Shown here piece by piece: positions 1-9,348 of a DNA stretch of 64,000 bases. The DNA is from Candidatus Marinacidobacterales bacterium. GTDB taxonomy: Bacteria > Acidobacteriota > Vicinamibacteria > Marinacidobacterales > DATDRI01. Within the stretch, counting starts at the first letter, position 1; every line of letters starts with the position of its first letter. The stretch lies in contig OZ245365.1 in the NCBI GenBank assembly GCA_965226495.1, positions 1,024,001-1,088,000 of the forward strand. Reading direction: 5' to 3'. The position numbers and the translations under genes are program-made. Under the pieces are notes generated by a model. That model ran no database searches. It was not told where the DNA came from and saw only the letters and a program-made list of their open reading frames with translations.

Positions 1-231
1 CGATGAGTCCACGGCATCGGGTGTCTGCAATGCGGCAAGAACTTGGGCCCGCACATCAGGGTCGAGCTGTGGAAGGATGGCGGTCGCGATGGCTAGCCCG
101 GCGAGCTCGGGGTCATAGGTCTCGTAATGCGCAAGCGGTGTAGGGAGGGGGACTTCGGACGAGTGTGCAACCAAAGACGAAAAGAGAGAAACGCATGAAA
201 AGAAAACGGTGAGTTTTCGTCGCGACGGCAC
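1..231 (-). CDS. Secreted hypothetical protein, N-terminal part (runs off left edge)
   Basis: Own translation from GTG at 231: MPSRRKLTVFFSCVSLFSSLVAHSSEVPLPTPLAHYETYDPEL..., signal-peptide-like and open to position 1; co-oriented just downstream of the TPR gene. Confidence 0.55.
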   Translation of the reverse strand, partial: MPSRRKLTVFFSCVSLFSSLVAHSSEVPLPTPLAHYETYDPELAGLAIATAILPQLDPDVRAQVLAALQTPDAVDSS

Positions 232-250
232 TAGGACACTAAGGTGCGCG

Positions 251-2653
251 TCAGTCTTGGGAGATGGTAAACGAGGTCGATTCGGCGAGCGTCTTCAATG
301 CCGCGGCGTCTGGGTCGTCCTCGTTTTGATCGATTCCACCTCGGTATGCAGATCGGATCGAACGATTGATGTCGAAGCCACGCGGGACGGAGACGTACGG
401 AGCAGGAAGAACAACCGTCTCGGTGCCGCTCGGGCCGATCAATTGAATGGCTTTCAAGTACTCCGCCGACGCGCGAAGAGGATCTCTCGCCTGCGAATAT
501 GTAATCCCCAGGGAAAGCGGAATGGCCGCATCCTTCGATGCAAAGAGTCTCGCACGCTGGAGCTCGGTGGCGGCACCCGCAAAGTCCTTGGCGCGATACT
601 TGGCGTCCGCAAGGGTTAGCCGGGCCGGAAGCTCTTCGGCGCCGATTCCCAAGGACTGTTCCAAGAGGGTCACCGCTTCGCGAAGTTTGCCCTCCGCGAG
701 TGCGACCTGGCCCAGGACCATGACCCGTTCGGCTTCTGGGATTCCTTGCGCAGATTCCAAAATCTGCCGCGCCTTCGTTAGATCTCTTCTGTCTCCTCGA
801 TGCTTTCCGATCGCGAGCCAGGTTTGACCCAGTGAAACTTGGGCTCGCGGGTCGTTGGGCTGGGTTTGCAGTGCTTGGATCAACTCGACGCGGGCTGGCT
901 CGTATTGTTTTTGCTGAAGGAAGACGTCACCGAGCAACCTGTGCGAACGAGCGTCTCCGGTGTCGAAGCGAACGAACTCCCGTGCCACTTGCTCGGCTTC
1001 GTCGAGCTTGTCTTGCTTGAGGAGCGCGTATCCAAGCTCGGTGAAAAAGTCTCCGTCGGCGTCGATGTGCGCTCTCGCGGCACGTAGCTCGCGCTCGGCA
1101 AGCACGTGTCGTCCCTCCGCATTGAGGAGGGTTCCTAGCAACAACCGCGCCTCTCCGTCGGACGGATCGATCTCGAGCGCCGCCTCGAGATGGTCGAGTG
1201 CTTCGTCCGGCCGATTCAACTGAACCAAACTGGAGGCTAAGCGGTACCGGGCACCGGAATCCTGACTCCCGGAATCGACGGCCTGGAGATAGTACTCCGC
1301 CGCTTCTCTATACCTGCCCCGCACGTAAAGCACATCGCCTAGCTCTTCCGCAGACGTTGGGGCATCTGGCTCGAGCTCCACGGCCCGCGTCAGATCGGCA
1401 AGCCCTCCTGCCTCGTCACCCAACGCCAATCGGGCCCGACCCCGGCCCAGGTGCGCAGGAGCCACATCCTTCCAGTCGGTGAGAATCTTTGAATAGGCCT
1501 GCGTAGCCTCCGTGTACTGGCCGGCGTTGAAAGATGCCGATGCCTGGTCGAGAAGTTCGACCGGTACCCGTCTTCCAATCAGCGAAGACAACGAGAAAGC
1601 GACGAGCAGAAGTGCGACAACCGCGGCCGCCCCTCCGAGCAAAACGTTGGGCGGCAGCGGCAGCCGCCTGAAGTCAAGTGTCCGCAGGGGTGCGGATCCC
1701 GAAATGCCCAGGATCTCGTGGTCGATTTCAGGGGCTCCCGGTGAACGCGGATTAGTGTCGGGGGCCGCAGCGCCCCGATCCGTTTCTGGCTCTTGAAAAT
1801 CGAGGTCCTTCGCTAATTGCGATTCGGCCTGCACGGCCTGCACGGCCTGTGCGGCCTGTGCGGCTTGAATAGGCCTTGCAGATTCACCATGTTGTGCATG
1901 GGCTTGTTCAGCCAACCGGGTCTCGTTCTGCCTCATGACATCCGATTGCTCGACGGTCTGGGCGACCAGCAGCAGAGCGTGCGCCTCCTCGGCGAATCCT
2001 TCGCTGAGGAGCTGACCTCCAAGGGAGATGATCTCTTGGGCACATTTATCGCGCCGCTCCTGGGACTTGGTTGCGGCGAGGAGAATGAGGCACTGGTAAG
2101 TTCGGCTGGCGGGGTCGCTAGCGAGACAGATCTTCCAAAACTCGATCGCTCTTCTAGTGCTCCCTTTGGCGAAGGCTTGGGCTCCGGCCTTGAGCTTGCG
2201 GAGCGCGTTCGCTTCCGCAGCCTCGCCCGATTCACCGGCTCGCGCTACCTCCAAAAGCTCGCGGGCCTCTTGCATGTCTGGGAACTGGTCCGCCATCTCA
2301 CGCAACTCCCGCGCCGCTGCTGTGAAATCGTTAGCGGCCAGCGACGTTAGGGCGAGCTGCAGGCGAGCTTCGAGTGCCTCTTCACTCTGATGAGTAACCG
2401 TTTCGACGGAGAGGCTGCCCTCTCTCAGCCTTTCCACAACGGTTTCGTGCTGCGTGTCCACCCAGTGAGAGATTTCCACGCGGTGCTTGGATAGGGGCGC
2501 GAACTCATGCACGTCCGTCTTTGTCCGGTAAATTTCCTCGACGCCTTGCAAAACGCGGGTCTCGATGATGGGGATATCGTCGCCGAGTAGCTCGGTACGT
2601 ATACTGAAATCGTCCGAGCCCACGGTGAGCTCGGTCTTGCGGCTGACACTCAT
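251..2653 (-). CDS. Membrane-anchored tetratricopeptide-repeat protein (800 aa)
   Basis: Long ORF; central TM helix (VLLGGAAAVVALLLVAFSL); many TPR-like units (AHLGRGRARLALGDEAGGLADLTRAVELEPDA, ARYRLASSLVQLNRPDEALDHLEAALEIDPSD). Confidence 0.85.
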   Translation of the reverse strand: MSVSRKTELTVGSDDFSIRTELLGDDIPIIETRVLQGVEEIYRTKTDVHEFAPLSKHRVEISHWVDTQHETVVERLREGSLSVETVTHQSEEALEARLQLALTSLAANDFTAAARELREMADQFPDMQEARELLEVARAGESGEAAEANALRKLKAGAQAFAKGSTRRAIEFWKICLASDPASRTYQCLILLAATKSQERRDKCAQEIISLGGQLLSEGFAEEAHALLLVAQTVEQSDVMRQNETRLAEQAHAQHGESARPIQAAQAAQAVQAVQAESQLAKDLDFQEPETDRGAAAPDTNPRSPGAPEIDHEILGISGSAPLRTLDFRRLPLPPNVLLGGAAAVVALLLVAFSLSSLIGRRVPVELLDQASASFNAGQYTEATQAYSKILTDWKDVAPAHLGRGRARLALGDEAGGLADLTRAVELEPDAPTSAEELGDVLYVRGRYREAAEYYLQAVDSGSQDSGARYRLASSLVQLNRPDEALDHLEAALEIDPSDGEARLLLGTLLNAEGRHVLAERELRAARAHIDADGDFFTELGYALLKQDKLDEAEQVAREFVRFDTGDARSHRLLGDVFLQQKQYEPARVELIQALQTQPNDPRAQVSLGQTWLAIGKHRGDRRDLTKARQILESAQGIPEAERVMVLGQVALAEGKLREAVTLLEQSLGIGAEELPARLTLADAKYRAKDFAGAATELQRARLFASKDAAIPLSLGITYSQARDPLRASAEYLKAIQLIGPSGTETVVLPAPYVSVPRGFDINRSIRSAYRGGIDQNEDDPDAAALKTLAESTSFTISQD
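1825..1867. repeat. 9-bp tandem repeat encoding a QAA/QAV linker
   Basis: gcacggcct/gtgcggcct units give QAAQAAQAVQAVQA in the TPR protein. Confidence 0.7.
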
Positions 2654-2741
2654 GAGAATAGCTGTATTCTATTGGTCGGGTGATCTATATACAACGAACC
2701 GGTCCTGGTCTGCAATCGTCTTCCGGCTGGTTCTGGAGTCG

Positions 2742-3123
2742 CTAACGGTCACCGTGCAAGAGTGGCGACCAGGATGGATTCCCGTTGCCGGCGGCAGGGG
2801 CTCCATCGTTCGTGCGGGCTATGCCTCCTTCGAGGGTCGTCAGGCGCATCACGCCAGAACCATCCGCGTTCATGCGATAGATCTCAGCATGGCCGTCTCG
2901 GTAGGACTCGAAGACGATGAACTGACTGTCGGGAGACATGGACGGGTAGGTGTCCTGTTCCGGAGAGTCGGTCAGGCGGGTGTAGATCTCGGAATTGCCG
3001 TCGCGTTCGCCCTGAAATGCGATCTTGGTATTGGTGAGCGCCTGCGCGAGGACCGTGGCCGGTAAGGTCGAGGCGACGATACGCCGAGAGTCAAGCTGAA
3101 TAGAGTAGTCTGCTACGAGTCAT
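2742..3123 (-). pseudogene. TolB/PD40 (WD40-like beta-propeller) remnant
   Basis: Frame reads KIAFQGERDGNSEIY-TRLTDSPEQDTYPSMSPDSQFIVFESYRDGHAEIYRMNADGSGVMRLT...NPSWSP; only about two repeats, no in-frame start, and the first repeat lacks the usual xMNADGS segment. Confidence 0.7.
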
Positions 3124-3157
3124 CACCGGCTCCTTCTCAGGTAGTTGGTCCTTTGTC

Positions 3158-3616
3158 CTAACGTTCCGTCACTATTTGATCGGTGGTCCAGACCGTTCCT
3201 TTGGAAATCGAGAAGCTCGCTCCATCCACCTTGCCCTCGCGCTGGACGCCGACCGACAACTCGAACCCCCACGTGCCAGGGGAATAGTCGAACGGCCCAA
3301 AAGATGTCGTGGTGGCCGGAAACTCGTCGGAGTAACCCCACGTGTTGGTTATCCCGAGCTCGATGCCAGAGATAATAGATGTATCCGTGGGTTGCCACAA
3401 TTTCTCTATCTCGTCGTCGTAGCCGGTCATTTCCCACCGAATGAGTGACATCGGAATGGACCCCGAGTCGTAGAATTCATCCATAAACTCCTTCAGGACG
3501 AAATCGTCACCAAGCTGGTTTGCGCGGTCCCTAAACAGCTTCATGAACTGTGCATGCGTGTTGTGCCGACGCTCCGATGGGTCGACAGTACCGTAGCGAA
3601 TCCATATACTTACCAA
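3158..3616 (-). pseudogene. C-terminal fragment of a DUF885-like protein
   Basis: RDRANQLGDDFVLKEFMDEFYDSGSIPMSLIRWEMTG resembles the DUF885-family C-terminus; N-terminal body absent. Confidence 0.5.
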
Positions 3617-3693
3617 TCTAATGGTTCGCTTGTCTTGATCTTTCCCTTTTCGCTATTAATAATGAAGGATTCGTCGACCGAGGTACGGAAACC

Positions 3694-4746
3694 GTGAAGA
3701 GTTCACCGCCAGACGGCCTTACCCATGCCGGATTGATTTCTGACGAGACGTGGCGCGAAGCCGTCGCGGCGGGCAAATCATTGCTCGAGAGCGGACCGGA
3801 TGTCGGGACTCTGTTGCGAGAGACGCAAGGCTGGCTCGTAGCTCTCCTTAGGTCAGGAGCCCTGAGCAGTAGCGAGCGGGTCGAGGCAGGGAACATTCTT
3901 GCGGAGATCGGGGATCCGCGCTTTCGGGCCGATGCCTTCTATTTTCCCGACGAACCGCTCCTTGGATTCGTAGAGATTCCCGAAGGTTCTTTCATGATGG
4001 GCGAGGGTAAGCAGCGTCATGAAGTGACTCTGCCCACTTTCTATATCGGCCGCTATCACGTTACGGTGGCCCAGTTTCGCGCCTTCGTGGAAGAGTCCGG
4101 GGTAGAGCCTGGGACCCCCGACACTCTGCGAGGCCGGGCTAATCATCCTGTCGTGTGGGTGAGTTGGTACGAGGCCCGAAAGTATTGCGAATGGCTCACT
4201 CGAAAACTGACCGGGCTCTCTCTGAAAGACGACCTGACTGAGCGAGAGCGGTTGTTTTGGCAGCTATTGCGTCGTGGATCCGCTGTTGTGACGCTTCCCT
4301 CGGAGGCCGAATGGGAAAAGGCGGCACGAGGAGAAGATGGTAGCACCTACCCGTGGGGCGACGAGATCGATTCGGGCAGAGCGAACTACCGTGACACTGG
4401 AATCGGTACCACTAGCCCGGTCGGCTGTTTTCCCGCCGGGCTCAGTCCTTATGGTGTGGCGGATATGAGTGGCAACACCTGGAACTGGATGCGGAGTTTG
4501 ATGGGGAGAGACTTGAAGGAGTTGGAGTTCGGATATCCCTACGATCCGAGTGACGGTCGAGAGAACTTGGATGCCGCGCCCGAAGTTCTGCGAGGAATGC
4601 GCGGTGGTGCCTTCCCGGTCGAGCCAGAGCGCGCCCGGAGCACGTTCCGTGATGGTGTGCCACCATCGGGGCGCGACGTCGCGGACGGCTTTCGCCTAGT
4701 AGTCACGCCGGTCACGCCGGTTACGTCGAAGAGAGAGGAAGGTTAG
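3694..4746 (+). CDS. Formylglycine-generating-enzyme-like (SUMF1/FGE-sulfatase fold) protein
   Basis: Motifs FMMGE, FYIGRYHVTVAQF, HPVVWVSWYEA, LPSEAEWEKAARG, YPWG, SPYGVADMSGN, RGG, GFR. Confidence 0.9.
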   Translation: MKSSPPDGLTHAGLISDETWREAVAAGKSLLESGPDVGTLLRETQGWLVALLRSGALSSSERVEAGNILAEIGDPRFRADAFYFPDEPLLGFVEIPEGSFMMGEGKQRHEVTLPTFYIGRYHVTVAQFRAFVEESGVEPGTPDTLRGRANHPVVWVSWYEARKYCEWLTRKLTGLSLKDDLTERERLFWQLLRRGSAVVTLPSEAEWEKAARGEDGSTYPWGDEIDSGRANYRDTGIGTTSPVGCFPAGLSPYGVADMSGNTWNWMRSLMGRDLKELEFGYPYDPSDGRENLDAAPEVLRGMRGGAFPVEPERARSTFRDGVPPSGRDVADGFRLVVTPVTPVTSKREEG

Positions 4747-4969
4747 ATGTCAGTCATGCGGTGAAATGGTGTGGAGCTCGGCATCGGACAGATTGCGGTG
4801 TTCACCGAGGAAGGTTTGAAATACCTGGATCGGGCGCAACCTGGTGACCGATGGCACATCATTCGTTGAACTGGGCCTGGCCCTCAAGTACGACACAGAA
4901 TGACCGCTACTTACGCAGGGCTCCTTAGTACCCTTCGGTCTCTCCTGGGCCGGCGGAGGTAAGGAAATC

Positions 4970-6175
4970 ATGCCAGACAGCTATAAGCGCAGGCCGATGA
5001 CGGAGAACGTCCGCGTATTCGACGAATGGATCCGTACCCGATTCGTCGAGCTCAATACCGAGCTCGAAGAGCTGTACTTCGCGCAGTCGAACCGCGCCTC
5101 GGTGGAGGGAATCGGCGATACGCTCAAGGAAGAGCTGGTTGACGAGGGCCGAAGTTTCATTGTCCGGTTGCTAAAGGAGGGCAACACCGATGAAGGCTTC
5201 GATAGAGGTTTCGAGCTTCTCGGCAACGTGGGTTTTTACATGGGTGCCTGCCGTCGTCATGAGATCACCGAACCGTCCCGCGAGAGAACCTCGCCGCTCA
5301 TAGAAGCTTCCGCGCTCGCACTTCAGCTAGGAGCGTCTCTCGGCGTTACGCCTCGGTTCGCTACCAGCCATCTGGTGACCCATAATCAGGCCATTGATGG
5401 CGTCTACAAGAGCTTCACCAGCCTGGAGTCGGAGTATCTGTTTCTCGAATACAACGGTCGAGGAATCTTGGCATACAAACGTGCGGCGGATGCGCTGGTG
5501 CGAATCCTGCCCATGGGTATCTCGCACCCCCTGGCCTACGATCTGCTGCTCACAGCGGAACAGGCCCTTCAGGATGTCGCCCGCTCCAATGAAGAGCTGT
5601 ATCAAAATCTAGACACCGATCGGTTCTTTTATTGCGTACGACCCTACTACAAACCGTACCGCGTGGGTCTCCACGAGTACCGTGGCGCCAATGCCGGCGA
5701 TTTCGCCGGCATCAATGAAATCGATTTGTTGCTCGGGCTGTGCCAAGCAGACCATTCATCCTATTCCCAGCTGCTGGTGGACAAGTTTCTCTACATTGTG
5801 CCGGAAGACCAGGCACGGCTTCGTGATGCCATGCGGCAGCAAAGTTTGTTGGATAGCCTGCTGGAGCAGGCGGAAGCGTCGGGCGCGAGCATGTGGTTTA
5901 GGAAAAACGCCGCCGTCTTCCTCAGAGTCTGCGATGCGCACGGCGCCGCCGCCGCGCAACACCATGACAAGCTCGTAAAAAAATTCATCGAGCAGCCGGC
6001 GGAAACGCTTCCCGAGGAGAATCTCGAAGGCATTACCGCGAGCGGTCCCCCGTTGCCAGTCGTGGTGAGCGCGCTAGAGAAACTCCGTGATCTTCGCCGG
6101 GCTGCCGATCGGGACGACATCCCGAGTCGTTACAAAGATCTTGAGAAGATCAGGGCGATCGTGGGGACAAGCTAA
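4970..6175 (+). CDS. PrnB/DUF1864-family heme enzyme (tryptophan/indoleamine dioxygenase superfamily)
   Basis: FDEWIR..FVELNTELEELYF, EGNTDEGFD, RFFYCVRPYYKPYRVG, YRGANAGDFAGIN, TASGPPL, LRDLR match my recollection of DUF1864; RBS ggagg upstream. Confidence 0.8.
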   Translation: MPDSYKRRPMTENVRVFDEWIRTRFVELNTELEELYFAQSNRASVEGIGDTLKEELVDEGRSFIVRLLKEGNTDEGFDRGFELLGNVGFYMGACRRHEITEPSRERTSPLIEASALALQLGASLGVTPRFATSHLVTHNQAIDGVYKSFTSLESEYLFLEYNGRGILAYKRAADALVRILPMGISHPLAYDLLLTAEQALQDVARSNEELYQNLDTDRFFYCVRPYYKPYRVGLHEYRGANAGDFAGINEIDLLLGLCQADHSSYSQLLVDKFLYIVPEDQARLRDAMRQQSLLDSLLEQAEASGASMWFRKNAAVFLRVCDAHGAAAAQHHDKLVKKFIEQPAETLPEENLEGITASGPPLPVVVSALEKLRDLRRAADRDDIPSRYKDLEKIRAIVGTS

Positions 6176-6586
6176 TGAGGAGGCTGTTTGCGTCACTTTC
6201 CACGTGTATTCTGAGCGTTTGTCTGCCGAGTGTCGGCGCAGCTCAAAAAACGTACCCGGCGCCGGCCTGCGACCCTAACACGATAACGGAGCAAGTCGGT
6301 GCATACCAGTTCGACGGTGATTTGGACGCCAAATTTGTTGAGCATCTACTACGACGGCAGTAATCGGGTAGACACGCAACCCAGGCCAGTTTCCGATCTG
6401 AGGGAATTGGGGTCCTATCGCGAGATGCTCGAGGAGACGATTGGCATCGTGCGGCGAAAGAAAGAAGAGGGGATGAGCCTCGAGAAAATCAAGTCCGAAG
6501 GTTTCCCACCCAAGTACGACGACTGGGGCAAGGGTTACATGAACGCAGAGGGTTGGATCGAGAACATCTACCGGAGTCTGCCCTAG
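6175..6586 (+). pseudogene. Remnant: signal peptide plus C-terminus of an MBL-fold (cyclase-type) hydrolase
   Basis: N-terminal signal MRRLFASLSTCILSVCL in one frame; YREMLEETIGIVRRKKEEGMSLEKIKSEGFPPKYDDWGKGYMNAEGWIENIYRSL in another; catalytic HxHxDH core absent. Confidence 0.6.
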
Positions 6587-6615
6587 CTCGTACTCTACTC
6601 AATCCGCAACCTCGA

Positions 6616-8187
6616 TCAACGGAGGCTTTCGTCTTCAATTTCGGGAAAGCCTTCCGGTGGTCGTCGGTGACGGGTCGCCTGCTCGTAGGCGTAAGCCAGT
6701 CGAATCAAGGCTCCTTCCGAGTAGGGGCGGCCGAGGATCTGTAGCCCGGCGGGGAGGTTGCCGTAGGTGAAGCCCATCGACACCGTGACCGCTGGCATGC
6801 CGGTTGAAGGTGCGACCAGCTGGCTGTTGTCCCCCTTGTACTCTTCGATGGGTTTGTCGAGGTGCGCCGGCGGGTTGGTCCATGTTGGGTACAGGAGCGC
6901 GTCGACCCGCTCGTGATCCATGGCCGCGACCACGTCGGCGAGGTAGGCTTGCCGGACCGGGTGCTCCGCGTAAACGGCGCAGGGCGGATTCCGGTCCTCG
7001 GGCGCCACATCGAGCGGCGTGTTCTGGTGGCGCGCGAGGCGGCTCTCGACATAGGGCGAATAGGCTCCCGATTCGTACGCCTCCTTGACATCCTTAATGG
7101 GCGCCCCCGGTCCCAGCGATTGGAGGTAGACGTACATGTCGTAGCGAAAGCGACCACAATCGTTGTCTGCGTTCGAATGCTCTTCGAAGTCGTCCACGAT
7201 GATGGGATCGACGAGGGTCGCGCCCGCCGCTCTTAGGTCCGCCAGCGCTTTCTCGAAGAGCGCGGTCACCTCGGGATCGGCATCTTCGGTATCGACGAGC
7301 GCCCGTAAGACACCCAGGCGAGCTCCGTTCAGGCCGTCGGGGCCGAGAAACGCTCGGTAGTCCGGCTCGCGCTTTCCCCTCCCGAGGGCGGTGTAGGGAT
7401 CCGCCGGGTCGTAGCCGGCCAGGACGTCGAACAGACGGGCACCGTCCTCGACCGTCCGGGTCATGGGACCGGCGATATCGTGGTCGAACGCGAGCGGGAT
7501 GACCCCGTCCCTGCTTGTGAGACCGATGGTCGAGCGAATCCCGAAAAGCGCGAGGTGCGAAGAGGGGCCGCGAATAGAGTTTCCGGTATCGGAGCCGAGC
7601 CCGGCCACGCCGAAGCTCGAAGCAACTCCCGACGCCGTCCCGCCGCTCGAGCCTGCGGGTACGCGGTCGAGCGCGTAAGCGTTCGCTGTGGTTCCGTAGG
7701 ACGAGCTCACCGTTTGCCGCGCGCTGAAAGCCCACTCCGCCATGTTCGTCTTGGCGAGGACGATCGCATCCGCTTCTCGGAGCTTCCGGACCATGAAGGC
7801 ATCGTCGGGTGGAATGCTGTCTTTGAGAGCGATCGATCCTCCGGTCGTCGGCAAATCATGCGTGTCGAAGTTGTCTTTGACGAGGATGGGCGCGCAAAAG
7901 AGGGGTCCGAGCTGCCCCCCTCTCGCGACGGCCTGGTCGATTTCGTCCGCACGTGCGAGCGCGTTCGGATTCACCTCGGTGATGGCGTTCAGCCCCGTCG
8001 TTTTGTCGTAATCCTCGATGCGCGCGAGGTAGCCTCCGACGACCAGGCGACAGGTTGTGCGACCCGAGAGGATCGCCGCCTGGATGTCCGCAATTGTTGC
8101 TTCGACAAGTGCGATGGGGGCAGGCTCTTGCCGTTCGCACCCGATTAGTGCGAGGAAAGCGAGTAGGGTAGTGACCGCGAATCTCAT
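6616..8187 (-). CDS. Amidase signature family lipoprotein
   Basis: Lipobox LIGC; VKDN Lys, GSSGGTASG, GLGSDTGNSIRGPSS (Ser-cisSer-Lys triad). Confidence 0.93.
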   Translation of the reverse strand: MRFAVTTLLAFLALIGCERQEPAPIALVEATIADIQAAILSGRTTCRLVVGGYLARIEDYDKTTGLNAITEVNPNALARADEIDQAVARGGQLGPLFCAPILVKDNFDTHDLPTTGGSIALKDSIPPDDAFMVRKLREADAIVLAKTNMAEWAFSARQTVSSSYGTTANAYALDRVPAGSSGGTASGVASSFGVAGLGSDTGNSIRGPSSHLALFGIRSTIGLTSRDGVIPLAFDHDIAGPMTRTVEDGARLFDVLAGYDPADPYTALGRGKREPDYRAFLGPDGLNGARLGVLRALVDTEDADPEVTALFEKALADLRAAGATLVDPIIVDDFEEHSNADNDCGRFRYDMYVYLQSLGPGAPIKDVKEAYESGAYSPYVESRLARHQNTPLDVAPEDRNPPCAVYAEHPVRQAYLADVVAAMDHERVDALLYPTWTNPPAHLDKPIEEYKGDNSQLVAPSTGMPAVTVSMGFTYGNLPAGLQILGRPYSEGALIRLAYAYEQATRHRRPPEGFPEIEDESLR

Positions 8188-8207
8188 AGCCGCCGGGAGT
8201 CTAGTTC

Positions 8208-9275
8208 CTAGTCGTCGACCTTTCCCCAGATGTCACCGACGGTGAAGCCATTGGGAAAAGGATCTTCCGGATCCACAACGTACTGAGCGAACCCCGTAAT
8301 CCATGCCTGGCCACTCAAAGTGGGGACCACTGCCTTGTAGTCTCCAACTTTGGTCTCCCGCACCAACCGACCGGTAAAGATCGTGCCCAGTGGTCCCTCG
8401 TGGCGAAAATCTTGATCCAGCGGTAGCTCGCCCTTGGCGTGGAGCGCTGCCATCTTGGCGCAGGTCCCGGTACCGCACGGTGAACGATCCAGGGCTCCTG
8501 TCCAAGACGAGGGTTTGTCCCAGTCGAGGACGCCGGTCGAGACGATCACCGCATTTTTGACCGTTGCCTCGGGGTGGGCGGGAGGTCCCGATAGCTGGGC
8601 GATCGTGATGCCGTTGATCCCGGGGTTCTCGGGATGGACGACCTTGAATTTCTCTGCCGTCGCCGCCTTGATCATTTCGCCGATCCGAACGATGTCTCGT
8701 CCTTCGTCCGCAGTGAGTCGAAGCCCGAACTGTGTGGCATCGGCGATGACGTAGAACATTCCACCATACGAAATGTCCACCTTGACCGTGCCCAATTCAG
8801 GTACTTCGACCGGGGCATCCAAGTGAACGGCGAATCCGGGTAGGTTCTCGAACGTCACTCGCCTGACCTTACCGTTCTTGACTTCGGCGGTTACCGGCAC
8901 CAGGCCAGCCGGCGATTCCAGAAGCAGTTTGGTGATCGGCTCTTCCACCGGCACCATTCCTGTTTCGATGAGAGTCGTAGTGACGCAGATCGTGTTGGTG
9001 CCGGACATAACCGGGTATTCGGTCTGCTCCATGATGACGAATCCCGCATCCGCTTCCGGCAACGTCGGAGGCAGGATGAGGTTGCAGTTCGCCGCGGGAA
9101 ACCCCCGCGGTTCGCGAAGCATGCGCTTACGGAGGTCGTCCTGCTGCGTCTCGAGGTATTTCATTTTCTCGAACATCGTCTTGCCGGGGACGTCGCGCAC
9201 GCCCCCCACGATGACTCGACCGGGTTCACCGCCACAGTGGAGATCCACGGCGTTGATCATGCTCTGAAGTCGCAT
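8208..9275 (-). CDS. Proline racemase superfamily protein (Ser/Cys active-site pair)
   Basis: HCGGEPGR, EPRG, MSGTNTIC, DRSPCGTG; start moved to ATG 9275 behind aggag. Confidence 0.92.
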   Translation of the reverse strand: MRLQSMINAVDLHCGGEPGRVIVGGVRDVPGKTMFEKMKYLETQQDDLRKRMLREPRGFPAANCNLILPPTLPEADAGFVIMEQTEYPVMSGTNTICVTTTLIETGMVPVEEPITKLLLESPAGLVPVTAEVKNGKVRRVTFENLPGFAVHLDAPVEVPELGTVKVDISYGGMFYVIADATQFGLRLTADEGRDIVRIGEMIKAATAEKFKVVHPENPGINGITIAQLSGPPAHPEATVKNAVIVSTGVLDWDKPSSWTGALDRSPCGTGTCAKMAALHAKGELPLDQDFRHEGPLGTIFTGRLVRETKVGDYKAVVPTLSGQAWITGFAQYVVDPEDPFPNGFTVGDIWGKVDD

Positions 9276-9348
9276 CCGTCTTACTCCTGTTGTCGGGTTA
9301 AGACACGGCGTGCTCTGGATCAACGTAGCTGGGCGCCGATACTCGATG

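Noticed and set aside
4590-4730. FGE/CLec-fold C-terminus as a diversity-generating retroelement target
   Set aside because: No reverse transcriptase and no second template-repeat copy seen in the window
4748-4905. Possible small gene between the FGE-fold and DUF1864 genes
   Set aside because: Codon-like but broken by stops; I could not assign a family
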